Shown here: in pieces, positions 25,001 to 40,100 of the stretch
Position numbering within the stretch: position 1 is the stretch's first letter
Layout: each line of letters begins with the position of its first letter
DNA from: Balanoglossus misakiensis
Taxonomy: Eukaryota > Animalia > Hemichordata
Length of the DNA stretch: 64,000 nt
Assembly (NCBI GenBank): GCA_040954595.2
Contig: CM082578.2
Location: forward strand, 3,392,831 to 3,456,830
Reading direction: 5' to 3'
Program-made: the position numbers and the translations under genes
Notes under the pieces: generated by a model
What the model saw: the letters and a program-made list of their open reading frames with translations, nothing else
Told to the model about the DNA's origin: nothing
Databases searched by the model: none

Positions 25001-27676
25001 ATAATGCAAAAAAAAAAAAAAAAAAAATCAAATTTCAACACAATTTGACCAAAGGTGACAAGGTCACCCCCAAGAACCTGTATACTAAATTTCAAAGAAA
25101 TTCGACTAGTGGTTTCCAAAAAGGTCTTTTAAAACCAAAAAGTGGCAAACACTGCCGCGAAACTACAAACACACAAATTTCAAAAACACAATTTGAACTC
25201 CTCCAGAAACCTGCATACCAACTTTTAAGCCAATCATCACAGAAATGTTTACCTTCAGGTACTTGCTCCACTTTGGCAGTTTTGTACATTCTCTGTACAT
25301 TTTCATAAAGTCGTCTGTTTCGCTCACGGAGTAAATGTTGAAAACGGCCGTTCCACCCTGCTTGAGGCACCAGAAAATATTTTCAAGTGGTTTTTCTCTC
25401 TCATTCAACCAGTGCAGAACAAGGTTGCTAAACACTTTGGTAAACATGTTTTCAAACTCAGGAAACTTTTCTTGGAGTGAGAGAACATCTGCGACAAGGA
25501 ACTCAGTTTTTCCCTCAACTGAATTGTTTCGATGTGCAAACTCAATTGCCTCAGCAGATACGTCAATTCCTGATGAAAATAAAAACACATTATTTTTTAT
25601 TAGGTCCCATTGGTATGTACCATGGGACCTTATGGGATCGGTTGCGTCTGTATGTATGTATGTATGTATGGATGTATGTCCGTCCACATCAAAAACTTGA
25701 AAACCGCAGCACGTATGACCTCGACATTTTGTGTGTAGATGCAGGCAGGGCTGTAGATGGGAGTTTGTTCAAATGAAGTTGTCATTGCCAAAAATATGCA
25801 AATTAGCTGGGAAAATGTAAAATTGGTCAAAACTCAAAAACTCCACAACCACTGGTCATATTGATTTGAAAATTGGGATGCATGTACCTTATGTCAACCT
25901 CATACAGTCCTGTATGTTTTGAGCTAATTATCGATTTTCTATTTTTATGCATTTTTTTGTATTTTTCCATGTTATTGGTAAAAAGTCTTCATTTCTAAAA
26001 GTGATGGGCTCACTTCTTTGAAATTTAGTATGAAGCTCCCTAATGGTTGTCTGAGTAACCATAGTTTTGGTCAAATTGTTGCAAAATTTGCATATTTATA
26101 ATTTTGAGCAATATTTGCCATTTTTGGTCAAAATTTTTTTTCTTTGAAACCGCATGCCAGATTGCTTTGCAATTTGGTAGGCATGTTCGTAGGGGTAACC
26201 TAAGTAATATGTTGTAAAAAAATATGATATTTGCATAAATGTGTTGTCGGGGAAACTTTTGCAATTTTTGTCAAAAATTGTTTTCTCTGAAACCGCTTGT
26301 CATATTGCATTGAACTTTAGCAGGCATGTTCCTTGTAGTGATTGATGTAAGATATTGTACAATTTTGGTGATATATGCATATTTGTGTTTTTGCCACTTT
26401 TGAACAAATATTTTCTGTAAAACTGCTTGTTGGATTGCTTTGAAATTTGTTTTTTCTCCGATTGCTTTGAAATTTAGGATGTAATTTCATAACACATACA
26501 TGTATATGTGCAACTTTTATTCAATTCTGATATCAGAAATATTCAATATTTAGCGAGTTTTTTTGTAAGTTTCTTTGTTTTTGGTTAGCAAATCTTCTCC
26601 TAAACCAATTGTCCAGTTGTTTTTAAAGTTACTATTTACAAGGAGTTGTTACCCCGAACTAAAACATGTTTACATAACTCTAATAGGCCAGCTGTTACAG
26701 AGACCACCAGCTATTAAATTTTTAATTAACAGTGGCAGGTCAGTGAGCGTCTCTGTGTGTCTGTCTGTCTGTTCCAGGGCTGACTGAAAGAAGTTGCTTC
26801 TCATACATGTATGTGTTTGTACAGACAATTTTTGGTCAATTTTTTTTCTAGCATCACTTGTAAGACACATGACAGTTTATTGGGCATGTTCCTTGTTATT
26901 TTTTTTTACATTCCATATTTCTATATGGTAAGATCATATCTGCTTGCAATGTCACCTGTAATTTTTATTCTGGTGTGTCACTGTTTACGCATAATCCTCA
27001 AATGGGACCACAGTGTCCTTGACGCTATTTTTAAAAAACGTTACCGATCAAAAAATGTACAAATTATACTTCTGTTAGAATTTGTCCAGTTGCCACGCAC
27101 GGCTAATCAACGCCGAGTCGTTGACCACTCCACCATTGTTGTGTTTACTATACTTGTAGAGTGCTAAGTAAAATATTAGCATGCGTATATTGTGTATTTT
27201 TATAGTATCTGTGTTTGTAATTTCGTTTGTTTCTATGTTATGTGTTTGCATATTTATGAAAAAAAAAAAAAAAAAAAAAAAAAAATATTGAGCAAAGTAC
27301 AGGCCCACAAAATATGCGCATACCCAGGTATTTTATCAGTACAGTTTACTTGACAAACTGAATAAGTCTCTCACCAGTTGAATTGTGTTTATCATCGTAC
27401 TCATAACAATCGTGTAAACATCGATCTCACGTATAGGACTGAGTCGATTTTGTTGGGTCCTACAAACATTCAGGTCACACCGACCTTACCTATGACTGTT
27501 TTGACATTGCCACGTTCTGCAATCATCCGGGTCAGTTCTCCAGTTCCACATCCGAGATCCAAGACCACTTCCTCGCTTTCCCAGTCATCATTCCACAGAG
27601 ACAACAAGTGTTGACCGTATCGATGTTGTCCTTCGCTATTACGCGAATAATCTTCGGCACTGGCACCAAGATTCAT
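19031..27676 (-). CDS. JHAMT-like SAM-dependent methyltransferase, copy B (272 aa)
   Basis: Exons 27676-27490, 25569-25253, 21434-21290 and 19200-19031; same sizes as copy A, open frame, intact splice sites. Confidence 0.9.
19266..20983. repeat. 84-bp satellite array (~17 units) inside a TATGG...CCGTA-bounded element, intron 3 of copy B
   Basis: Unit CATTCGTTTTGAGCTGACACG CATTTGAATCGGACTCCCCAG CATTGGTTTTGAAGGTCGATA CTTTTGAATCGGAGGACACCG, spanning about 19345-20775. Degenerate 20-21-bp repeats flank it. Absent from copy A. Confidence 0.95.
21827..25027 (+). mobile_element. 5'-truncated L1/Tx1-clade LINE (degenerate ORF2) with two poly(A) tracts, intron 2 of copy B
   Basis: ORF2 motifs KAPGSDG, ENWRPI, DFRKAF, RQGCPIS, QVADD and C-terminal CNIC..H...C. 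Poly(A) tracts at 24854-24888 and 25008-25027. TSD CAA(A/T)TTTCAACACAATT. The empty site is in copy A at about 15235-15251. Confidence 0.95.
25599..27027 (+). mobile_element. HINE-like element, intron 1 of copy B
   Basis: Homologous to 15805-17981 without the pogo insert. Confidence 0.65.
27193..27285 (+). mobile_element. Short poly(A)-tailed retro-insertion (extreme 3' end of a LINE/SINE)
   Basis: About 65 bp plus an A-tract, TATTG duplicated, absent in copy A (18143-18150), present in C at 48864-48954. Confidence 0.8.
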
Positions 27677-28174
27677 TTTTTTTGCACCGAAGAGCTGCGA
27701 TGTGCACCAGTCAGAAGTATTCACTGCACTGTTTTGTTCTGTTCTGTTTGTGCAGTGATCTTGAATGACCTCTGCTTCAATCAAATGATCAGACTTAAGG
27801 GAGCCTTGTGTTTTCTTTAAAAAATACTGACCCTCCTATACACCAGAATGACTGATTTATTACAATAAAAGACTCATAACGTTCAAATTACAACATTGGG
27901 TCTTGAAGGATCTAGATATTATAAACAACAATGTGTCAAACCGCTGTCATTAATTGCAAGTTATTAATTGCATACTCAACTTCGGCAGCTGTTATAGTTT
28001 GGCACAACAAAATCGTGACATAATTAGACCTCTTACACAGACATATGGCGTTGACAGAAATCGTCAAACTCTCAAAAAACTATGTCGTATTTTCTTTCTA
28101 ATAATAATATTGGACATGTTGAAGTAGTCACTTTAACACTGCACATGCCAAAGAATTGTTGTTTTATGTTTCTT

Positions 28175-31100
28175 TTATTTCATTACTTTTAAGAAGAAAT
28201 CAGAAATATTGATGAACGTTTCTGGATTCTCATCTTCTGCTTTGGTTCCCAATTTCGGCAAAAGTTGACTACAGTCTTCTAGGAAGTCATCCTGCATGTC
28301 ACGTGGAATTAACTGAAGATGACTAAGCAATGGTTTAAGATAACCTGGTAAACAGAAAACAATAGGTTACTTTTATGACCCCTATATAACCTTCCATCCT
28401 TCTACTTCCTATGGCGCGTAATCGAGGCCAAAATCAACACCTCACTTTTTGAGTGAAACGCATTCGTTTTGAGTGAAACGCATTCGTTTTGAGGCAACAC
28501 ATTTGATTTGAAGGTTGATACTTTTGAATCGGAGGACACCACATTCGTTTTGAGCTGACACGCATTTGAATCGGACTCCCCAGCATTGGTTTTGAAGGTC
28601 GACACTTTTGAACCGGAGGATCACATTCGTTTTGAGCTGATACGCATTTGAATCGGACTCCCCAGCATTTGATTTGAAGGTTGATACTTTTGAATCGGAG
28701 GACACCGCATTCGTTTTGACCTGACACGCATTTGAATCTGACTCCCCAGCATTTGATTTGAAGGTCGACACTTTTGAATCGGAGGACACAGCATTCGTTT
28801 TGAGCTGACACGCATTTGAATCGGACTCCCCAGCATTTAATTTGAAGGTTGATACTTTTGAATCGGAGGACACCACATTCGTTTTGAGCTGACACGCATT
28901 TGAATCGGACTCCCCAGCATTGGTTTTGAAGGTCGACACTTTTGAATCGGAGGACACCGCATTCGTTTTGAGCTGACACGCATTTGAATCGGACTCCCCA
29001 GCATTGGTTTTGAAGGTCGATACTTTTGAATCGGAGGACACCGCATTCGTTTTGAGCTGACACGCATTTGAATCTGACTCCCCAGCATTGGTTTTGAAGG
29101 TCGACACTTTTGAATCGGAGGACACCGCATTCGTTTTGAGCTGACACGCATTTGAATCTGACTCCCCAGCATTGGTTTTGAAGGTCGATACTTTTGAATC
29201 GGAGGACACCGCATTCGTTTTGAGCTGACACGCATTTGAATCGGACTCCCCAGCATTGGTTTTGAAGGTCGATACTTTTGAATCGGAGGACACCGCATTC
29301 GTTTTGAGCTGACACGCATTTGAATCGGACTCCCCAGCATTGGTTTTGAAGGTCGACACTTTTGAATCGGAGGACACCGCATTCGTTTTGAGCTGACACG
29401 CATTTGAATCGGACTCCCCAGCATTGGTTTTGAAGGTCGACACTTTTGAATCGGAGGACACCGCATTCGTTTTGAGCTGACACGCATTTGAATCGGACTC
29501 CCCAGCATTGGTTTTGAAGGTCGATACTTTTGAATCGGAGGACACCGCATTCGTTTTGAGCTGACACGCATTTGAATCGGACTCCCCAGCATTGGTTTTG
29601 AAGGTCGACACTTTTGAATTTCGTTTTGAGCTGACACGCATTTGAATCGGACTCCCCAGCATTGGTTTTGAAGGTCGATACTTTTGAATCGGAGGACACC
29701 ACATTCGTTTTGAGCTGACACGCATTTGAATCGGACTCCCCAGCATTGGTTTTGAAGGTCGATACTTTTGAATCGGAGGACACCGCATTCGTTTTGAGCT
29801 GACACGCATTTGAATCGGACTCCCCAGCATTGGTTTTGAAGGTCGACACTTTTGAATCGGAGGACACCGCATTCGTTTTAAGCTGACACGCATTTGAATC
29901 GGACGCCCCAGCATTTGATTTGAAGGTTGATACTTTTGAATCGGAGGACACCACATTCGTTTTGAGCTGACACGCATTTGAATCGGACTCCCCAGCATTT
30001 GATTGGAAGGTTGATACTTTTGAATCGGAGGACACCACATTCGTTTTGAGCTGACACGCATTTGAATTGGACTCCCCAGCATTGGTTTTGAAGGTCGATA
30101 CTTTTGAATCGGAGGACACCGCATTCGTTTTGAGCTGACACGCATTTGAATCGGACTCCCCAGCATTGGTTTTGAAGGTCGATACTTTTGAATCGGAGGA
30201 CACCGCATTCGTTTTGAGCTGACACGCATTTGAATCGGACTCCCCAGCATTGATTTTGAAGGTCGACACTTTTGAACCGGAGGACCACATTCGTTTTGAG
30301 CTGACACGCATTTGAATCGGACTCCCCATCATTGGTTTTGAAGGTCGATACTTTTGAATCGGAGGACACCGCATTCGTTTTGAGCTGACACGCATTTATA
30401 TCGGACTCCCCAGCATTGGTTTTGAAGGTCGATACTTTTGAATCGGAGGACACCACATTCGTTTTGAGCTGACACGCATTTGAATTGGACTCCCCAGCAT
30501 TGGTTTTGAAGGTCGATACTTTTGAATCGGAGGACACCGCATTCGTTTTGAGCTGACACGCATTTGAATCGGACTCCCCAGCATTGGTTTTGAAGGTCGA
30601 TACTTTTGAATCGGAGGACACCGCATTCGTTTTGAGCTGACACGCATTTGAATCGGACTCCCCAGCATTGATTTTGAAGGTCGACACTTTTGAACCGGAG
30701 GACCACATTCGTTTTGAGCTGACACGCATTTGAATCGGACTCCCCATCATTGGTTTTGAAGGTCGATACTTTTGAATCGTAGGACACCGCATTCGTTTTG
30801 AGCTGACACGCATTTATATCGGACTCCCCAGCATTGGTTTTGAAGGTCGATACTTTTGAATCGGAGGACACCACATTCGTTTTGAGCTGACACGCATTTG
30901 AATCGGACTCCCCAGCATTTGATTTGAAGGTCGACACTTTTGAATCGGAGGACACCGCATTCGTTTTGAGCTGACACGCATTTGAATCGGACTCCCCAGC
31001 ATTGGTTTTGAAGGTCGATACTTTTGAATCGGAGGACACCGCATTCGTTTTGAGCTGACACGCATTTGAATCGGACTCCCCAGCATTGGTTTTGAAGGTC

Positions 31101-34100
31101 GACACTTTTGAATCGGAGGACACCGCATTCGTTTTGAGCTGACACGCATTTGAATCTGACTCCCCAGCATTGGTTTTGAAGGTCGATACTTTTGAATCGG
31201 AGGACACCGCATTCGTTTTGAGCTGACACGCATTTGAATCGGACTCCCCAGCATTGGTTTTGAAGGTCGATACTTTTGAATCGGAGGACACCGCATTCGT
31301 TTTGAGCTGACACGCATTTGAATCGGACTCCCCAGCATTGGTTTTGAAGGTCGACACTTTTGAATCGGAGGACACCGCATTCGTTTTGAGCTGACACGCA
31401 TTTGAATCGGACTCCCCAGCATTGGTTTTGAAGGTCGACACTTTTGAATCGGAGGACACCGCATTCGTTTTGAGCTGACACGCATTTGAATCGGACTCCC
31501 CAGCATTGGTTTTGAAGGTCGATACTTTTGAATCGGAGGACACCGCATTCGTTTTGAGCTGACACGCATTTGAATCGGACTCCCCAGCATTGGTTTTGAA
31601 GGTCGACACTTTTGAATTTCGTTTTGAGCTGACACGCATTTGAATCGGACTCCCCAGCATTGGTTTTGAAGGTCGATACTTTTGAATCGGAGGACACCAC
31701 ATTCGTTTTGAGCTGACACGCATTTGAATCGGACTCCCCAGCATTGGTTTTGAAGGTCGATACTTTTGAATCGGAGGACACCGCATTCGTTTTGAGCTGA
31801 CACGCATTTGAATCGGACTCCCCAGCATTGGTTTTGAAGGTCGACACTTTTGAATCGGAGGACACCGCATTCGTTTTAAGCTGACACGCATTTGAATCGG
31901 ACGCCCCAGCATTTGATTTGAAGGTTGATACTTTTGAATCGGAGGACACCACATTCGTTTTGAGCTGACACGCATTTGAATCGGACTCCCCAGCATTTGA
32001 TTTGAAGGTTGATACTTTTGAATCGGAGGACACCACATTCGTTTTGAGCTGACACGCATTTGAATTGGACTCCCCAGCATTGGTTTTGAAGGTCGATACT
32101 TTTGAATCGGAGGACACCGCATTCGTTTTGAGCTGACACGCATTTGAATCGGACTCCCCAGCATTGGTTTTGAAGGTCGATACTTTTGAATCGGAGGACA
32201 CCGCATTCGTTTTGAGCTGACACGCATTTGAATCGGACTCCCCAGCATTGATTTTGAAGGTCGACACTTTTGAACCGGAGGACCACATTCGTTTTGAGCT
32301 GACACGCATTTGAATCGGACTCCCCATCATTGGTTTTGAAGGTCGATACTTTTGAATCGGAGGACACCGCATTCGTTTTGAGCTGACACGCATTTATATC
32401 GGACTCCCCAGCATTGGTTTTGAAGGTCGATACTTTTGAATCGGAGGACACCACATTCGTTTTGAGCTGACACGCATTTGAATTGGACTCCCCAGCATTG
32501 GTTTTGAAGGTCGATACTTTTGAATCGGAGGACACCGCATTCGTTTTGAGCTGACACGCATTTGAATCGGACTCCCCAGCATTGGTTTTGAAGGTCGATA
32601 CTTTTGAATCGGAGGACACCGCATTCGTTTTGAGCTGACACGCATTTGAATCGGACTCCCCAGCATTGATTTTGAAGGTCGACACTTTTGAACCGGAGGA
32701 CCACATTCGTTTTGAGCTGACACGCATTTGAATCGGACTCCCCATCATTGGTTTTGAAGGTCGATACTTTTGAATCGGAGGACACCGCATTCGTTTTGAG
32801 CTGACACGCATTTATATCGGACTCCCCAGCATTGGTTTTGAAGGTCGATACTTTTGAATCGGAGGACACCACATTCGTTTTGAGCTGACACGCATTTGAA
32901 TCGGACTCCCCAGCATTTGATTTGAAGGTCGACACTTTTAAATCGGAGGACACCGCATTCGTTTTGAGCTGACACGCATTTGAATCGGACTCCCCAGCAT
33001 TTAATTTGAAGGTTGATACTTTTGAATCGGAGGACACCACATTCGTTTTGAGCTGACACGCATTTGAATCGGACTCCCCAGCATTGGTTTTGAAGGTCGA
33101 CACTTTTGAATCGGAGGACACCGCATTCGTTTTGAGCTGACACGCATTTGAATCGGACTCCCCAGCATTGGTTTTGAAGGTCGACACTTTTGAATCGGAG
33201 GACACCGCATTCGTTTTGAGCTGACACGCATTTGAATCGGACTCCCCAGCATTGGTTTTGAAGGTCGATACTTTTGAATCGGAGGACACCGCATTCGTTT
33301 TGAGCTGACACGCATTTGAATCGGACTCCCCAGCATTGGTTTTGAAGGTCGATACTTTTGAATCGGAGGACACCACATTCGTTTTGAGCTGACACGCATT
33401 TGAATCGGACTCCCCAGCATTGGTTTTGAAGGTCGATACTTTTGAATCGGAGGACACCGCATTCGTTTTGAGCTGACACGCATTTGAATCGGACTCCCCA
33501 GCATTGGTTTTGAAGGTCGACACTTTTGAATCGGAGGACACCGCATTCGTTTTAAGCTGACACGCATTTGAATCGGACGCCCCAGCATTTGATTTGAAGG
33601 TTGATACTTTTGAATCGGAGGACACCACATTCGTTTTGAGCTGACACGCATTTGAATCGGACTCCCCAGCATTTGATTTGAAGGTTGATACTTTTGAATC
33701 GGAGGACACCACATTCGTTTTGAGCTGACACGCATTTGAATTGGACTCCCCAGCATTGGTTTTGAAGGTCGATACTTTTGAATCGGAGGACACCGCATTC
33801 GTTTTGAGCTGACACGCATTTGAATCGGACTCCCCAGCATTGGTTTTGAAGGTCGATACTTTTGAATCGGAGGACACCGCATTCGTTTTGAGCTGACACG
33901 CATTTGAATCGGACTCCCCAGCATTGATTTTGAAGGTCGACACTTTTGAACCGGAGGACCACATTCGTTTTGAGCTGACACGCATTTGAATCGGACTCCC
34001 CATCATTGGTTTTGAAGGTCGATACTTTTGAATCGGAGGACACCGCATTCGTTTTGAGCTGACACGCATTTATATCGGACTCCCCAGCATTGGTTTTGAA

Positions 34101-37100
34101 GGTCGATACTTTTGAATCGGAGGACACCACATTCGTTTTGAGCTGACACGCATTTGAATTGGACTCCCCAGCATTGGTTTTGAAGGTCGATACTTTTGAA
34201 TCGGAGGACACCGCATTCGTTTTGAGCTGACACGCATTTGAATCGGACTCCCCAGCATTGGTTTTGAAGGTCGATACTTTTGAATCGGAGGACACCGCAT
34301 TCGTTTTGAGCTGACACGCATTTGAATCGGACTCCCCAGCATTGATTTTGAAGGTCGACACTTTTGAACCGGAGGACCACATTCGTTTTGAGCTGACACG
34401 CATTTGAATCGGACTCCCCATCATTGGTTTTGAAGGTCGATACTTTTGAATCGGAGGACACCGCATTCGTTTTGAGCTGACACGCATTTATATCGGACTC
34501 CCCAGCATTGGTTTTGAAGGTCGATACTTTTGAATCGGAGGACACCACATTCGTTTTGAGCTGACACGCATTTGAATCGGACTCCCCAGCATTTGATTTG
34601 AAGGTCGACACTTTTAAATCGGAGGACACCGCATTCGTTTTGAGCTGACACGCATTTGAATCGGACTCCCCAGCATTTAATTTGAAGGTTGATACTTTTG
34701 AATCGGAGGACACCACATTCGTTTTGAGCTGACACGCATTTGAATCGGACTCCCCAGCATTGGTTTTGAAGGTCGACACTTTTGAATCGGAGGACACCGC
34801 ATTCGTTTTGAGCTGACACGCATTTGAATCGGACTCCCCAGCATTGGTTTTGAAGGTCGACACTTTTGAATCGGAGGACACCGCATTCGTTTTGAGCTGA
34901 CACGCATTTGAATCGGACTCCCCAGCATTGGTTTTGAAGGTCGATACTTTTGAATCGGAGGACACCGCATTCGTTTTGAGCTGACACGCATTTGAATCGG
35001 ACTCCCCAGCATTGGTTTTGAAGGTCGACACTTTTGAATAGGAGGACACCGCATTCGTTTTGAGCTGACACGCATTTGAATCTGACTCCCCAGCATTGGT
35101 TTTGAAGGTCGATACTTTTGAATCGGAGGACACCGCATTCGTTTTGAGCTGACACGCATTTGAATCGGACTCCCCAGCATTGGTTTTGAAGGTCGACACT
35201 TTTGAATCGGAGGACACCGCATTCGTTTTGAGCTGACACGCATTTGAATCGGACTCCCCAGCATTGGTTTTGAAGGTCGACACTTTTGAATTGGAGGACA
35301 CCGCATTCGTTTTGAGCTGACACGCATTTGAATCGGACTCCCCAGCATTGGTTTTGAAGGTCGATACTTTTGAATCGGAGGACACCGCATTCGTTTTGAG
35401 CTGACACGCATTTGAATCGGACTCCCCAGCATTGGTTTTGAAGGTCGACACTTTTGAATTTCGTTTTGAGCTGACACGCATTTGAATCGGACTCCCCAGC
35501 ATTGGTTTTGAAGGTCGATACTTTTGAATCGGAGGACACCACATTCGTTTTGAGCTGACACGCATTTGAATCGGACTCCCCAGCATTGGTTTTGAAGGTC
35601 GATACTTTTGAATCGGAGGACACCGCATTCGTTCTGAGCTGACACGCATTTGAATCGGACTCCCCAGCATTGGTTTTGAAGGTCGACACTTTTGAATCGG
35701 AGGACACCGCATTCGTTTTGAGCTGACACGCATTTGAATCGGACTCCCCAGCATTTGATTTGAAGGTTGATACTTTTGAATCGGAGGACACCACATTCGT
35801 TTTGAGCTGACACGCATTTGAATCGGACTCCCCAGCATTTGATTTGAAGGTTGATACTTTTGAATCGGAGGACACCACATTCGTTTTGAGCTGACACGCA
35901 TTTGAATTGGACTCCCCAGCATTGGTTTTGAAGGTCGATACTTTTGAATCGGAGGACACCGCATTCGTTTTGAGCTGACACGCATTTGAATCGGACTCCC
36001 CAGCATTGGTTTTGAAGGTCGATACTTTTGAATCGGAGGACACCGCATTCGTTTTGAGCTGACACGCATTTGAATCGGACTCCCCAGCATTGATTTTGAA
36101 GGTCGACACTTTTGAACCGGAGGACCACATTCGTTTTGAGCTGACACGCATTTGAATCGGACTCCCCATCATTGGTTTTGAAGGTCGATACTTTTGAATC
36201 GGAGGACACCGCATTCGTTTTGAGCTGACACGCATTTATATCGGACTCCCCAGCATTGGTTTTGAAGGTCGATACTTTTGAATCGGAGGACACCACATTC
36301 GTTTTGAGCTGACACGCATTTGAATTGGACTCCCCAGCATTGGTTTTGAAGGTCGATACTTTTGAATCGGAGGACACCACATTCGTTTTGAGCTGACACG
36401 CATTTGAATCGGACTCCCCAGCATTGGTTTTGAAGGTCGATACTTTTGAATCGGAGGACACCGCATTCGTTTTGAGCTGACACGCATTTGAATCGGACTC
36501 CCCAGCATTGATTTTGAAGGTCGACACTTTTGAATCGGAGGACACCACATTCGTTTTGAGCTGACACGCATTTGAATCGGACTCCCCAGCATTGGTTTTG
36601 AAGGTCGATACTTTTGAATCGGAGGAAACCGCATTCGTTTTGAGCTGACACGCATTTGAATCGGACTCCCCAGCATTGGTTTTGAAGGTCGACACTTTTG
36701 AATCGGAGGACACCGCATTCGTTTTGAGCTGACACGCATTTGAATCGGACTCCCCAGCATTTGATTTGAAGGTTGATACTTTTGAATCGGAGGACACCAC
36801 ATTCGTTTTGAGCTGACACGCATTTGAATCGGACTCCCCAGCATTTGATTTGAAGGTTGATACTTTTGAATCGGAGGACACCACATTCGTTTTGAGCTGA
36901 CACGCATTTGAATTGGACTCCCCAGCATTGGTTTTGAAGGTCGATACTTTTGAATCGGAGGACACCGCATTCGTTTTGAGCTGACACGCATTTGAATCGG
37001 ACTCCCCAGCATTGGTTTTGAAGGTCGATACTTTTGAATCGGAGGACACCGCATTCGTTTTGAGCTGACACGCATTTGAATCGGACTCCCCAGCATTGGT

Positions 37101-40100
37101 TTTGAAGGTCGACACTTTTGAATTTCGTTTTGAGCTGACACGCATTTGAATCGGACTCCCCAGCATTGGTTTTGAAGGTCGATACTTTTGAATCGGAGGA
37201 CACCACATTCGTTTTGAGCTGACACGCATTTGAATCGGACTCCCCAGCATTGGTTTTGAAGGTCGATACTTTTGAATCGGAGGACACCGCATTCGTTTTG
37301 AGCTGACACGCATTTGAATCGGACTCCCCAGCATTGGTTTTGAAGGTCGACACTTTTGAATCGGAGGACACCGCATTCGTTTTGAGCTGACACGCATTTG
37401 AATCGGACTCCCCAGCATTTGATTTGAAGGTTGATACTTTTGAATCGGAGGACACCACATTCGTTTTGAGCTGACACGCATTTGAATCGGACTCCCCAGC
37501 ATTTGATTTGAAGGTTGATACTTTTGAATCGGAGGACACCACATTCGTTTTGAGCTGACACGCATTTGAATTGGACTCCCCAGCATTGGTTTTGAAGGTC
37601 GATACTTTTGAATCGGAGGACACCGCATTCGTTTTGAGCTGACACGCATTTGAATCGGACTCCCCAGCATTGGTTTTGAAGGTCGATACTTTTGAATCGG
37701 AGGACACCGCATTCGTTTTGAGCTGACACGCATTTGAATCGGACTCCCCAGCATTGATTTTGAAGGTCGACACTTTTGAACCGGAGGACCACATTCGTTT
37801 TGAGCTGACACGCATTTGAATCGGACTCCCCATCATTGGTTTTGAAGGTCGATACTTTTGAACCGGAGGACACCGCATTCGTTTTGAGCTGACACGCATT
37901 TATATCGGACTCCCCAGCATTGGTTTTGAAGGTCGATACTTTTGAATCGGAGGACACCGCATTCGTTTTGAGCTGACACGCATTTATATCGGACTCCCCA
38001 GCATTGGTTTTGAAGGTCGATACTTTTGAATCGGAGGACACCACATTCGTTTTGAGCTGACACGCATTTGAATTGGACTCCCCAGCATTGGTTTTGAAGC
38101 TCGATACTTTTGAATCGGAGGACACCGCATTCGTTTTGAGCTGACACGCATTTGAATCGGACTCCCCAGCATTGGTTTTGAAGGTCGATACTTTTGAATC
38201 GGAGGACACCGCATTCGTTTTGAGCTGACACGCATTTGAATCGGACTCCCCAGCATTGATTTTGAAGGTCGACACTTTTGAATCGGAGGACACCGCATTC
38301 GTTTTGAGCTGACACGCATTTGAATCGGACTCCCCAGCATTGGTTTTGAAGGTCGATACTTTTGAATCGGAGGACACCGCATTCGTTTTGAGCTGACACG
38401 CATTTGAATCGGACTCCCCAGCATTGGTTTTGAAGGTCGACACTTTTGAATCGGAGGACACCGCATTCGTTTTGAGCTGACACGCATTTGAATCGGACTC
38501 CCCAGCATTTGATTTGAAGGTTGATACTTTTGAATCGGAGGACACCACATTCGTTTTGAGCTGACACGCATTTGAATCGGACTCCCCAGCATTTGATTTG
38601 AAGGTTGATACTTTTGAATCGGAGGACACCGCATTCGTTTTGAGCTGACACGCATTTGAATTGGACTCCCCAGCATTGGTTTTGAAGGTCGATACTTTTG
38701 AATCGGAGGACACCGCATTCGTTTTGAGCTGACACGCATTTGAATCGGACTCCCCAGCATTGATTTTGAAGGTCGACACTTTTGAACCGGAGGACCACAT
38801 TCGTTTTGAGCTGACACGCATTTGAATCGGACTCCCCATCATTGGTTTTGAAGGTCGATACTTTTGAATCGGAGGACACCGCATTCGTTTTGAGCTGACA
38901 CGCATTTATATCGGACTCCCCAGCATTGGTTTTGAAGGTCGATACTTTTGAATCGGAGGACACCACATTCGTTTTGAGCTGACACGCATTTGAATTGGAC
39001 TCCCCAGCATTGGTTTTGAAGGTCGATACTTTTGAATCGGAGGACACCGCATTCGTTTTGAGCTGACACGCATTTGAATCGGACTCCCCAGCATTGGTTT
39101 TGAAGGTCGATACTTTTGAATCGGAGGACACCGCATTCGTTTTGAGCTGACACGCATTTGAATCGGACTCCCCAGCATTGATTTTGAAGGTCGACACTTT
39201 TGAACCGGAGGACCACATTCGTTTTGAGCTGACACGCATTTGAATCGGACTCCCCATCATTGGTTTTGAAGGTCGATACTTTTGAATCGGAGGACACCGC
39301 ATTCGTTTTGAGCTGACACGCATTTATATCGGACTCCCCAGCATTGGTTTTGAAGGTCGATACTTTTGAATCGGAGGACACCACATTCGTTTTGAGCTGA
39401 CACGCATTTGAATCGGACTCCCCAGCATTGGTTTTGAAGGTTGATACTTTTAAATCGGAGGACACCGCATTCGTTTTGAGCTGACACGCATTTGAATCGG
39501 ACTCCCCAGCATTGGTTTTGAAGGTCGATACTTTTGAATCGGAGGACACCGCATTCGTTTTGAGCTGACACGCATTTGAATCGGACTCCCCAGCATTGGT
39601 TTTGAAGGTCGACACTTTTGAATCGGAGGACACCGCATTCGTTTTGAGCTGACACGCATTTGAATCGGACTCCCCAGCATTGGTTTTGAAGGTCGATACT
39701 TTTGAATCGGAGGACACCGCATTCGTTTTGAGCTGACACGCATTTGAATCGGACTCCCCAGCATTGGTTTTGAAGGTCGATACTTTTGAATCGGAGGACC
39801 ACATTCGTTTTGAGCTGACACGCATTTGAATCGGACTCCCCAGCATTGGTTTTGAAGGTCGACACTTTTGAATCGGAGGACACCGCATTCGTTTTGAGCT
39901 GACACGCATTTGAATCGGACTCCCCAGCATTGGGTTTGAAGGTCGATACTTTTGAATCAGAGGACACCACATTCGTTTTGAGCTGACACGCATTTGAATC
40001 GGACTCCCCAGCATTGGTTTTGAAGGTCGATACTTTTGAATCGGAGGACACCGCATTCGTTTTGAGCTGACACGCATTTATATCGGACTCCCCAGCATTG

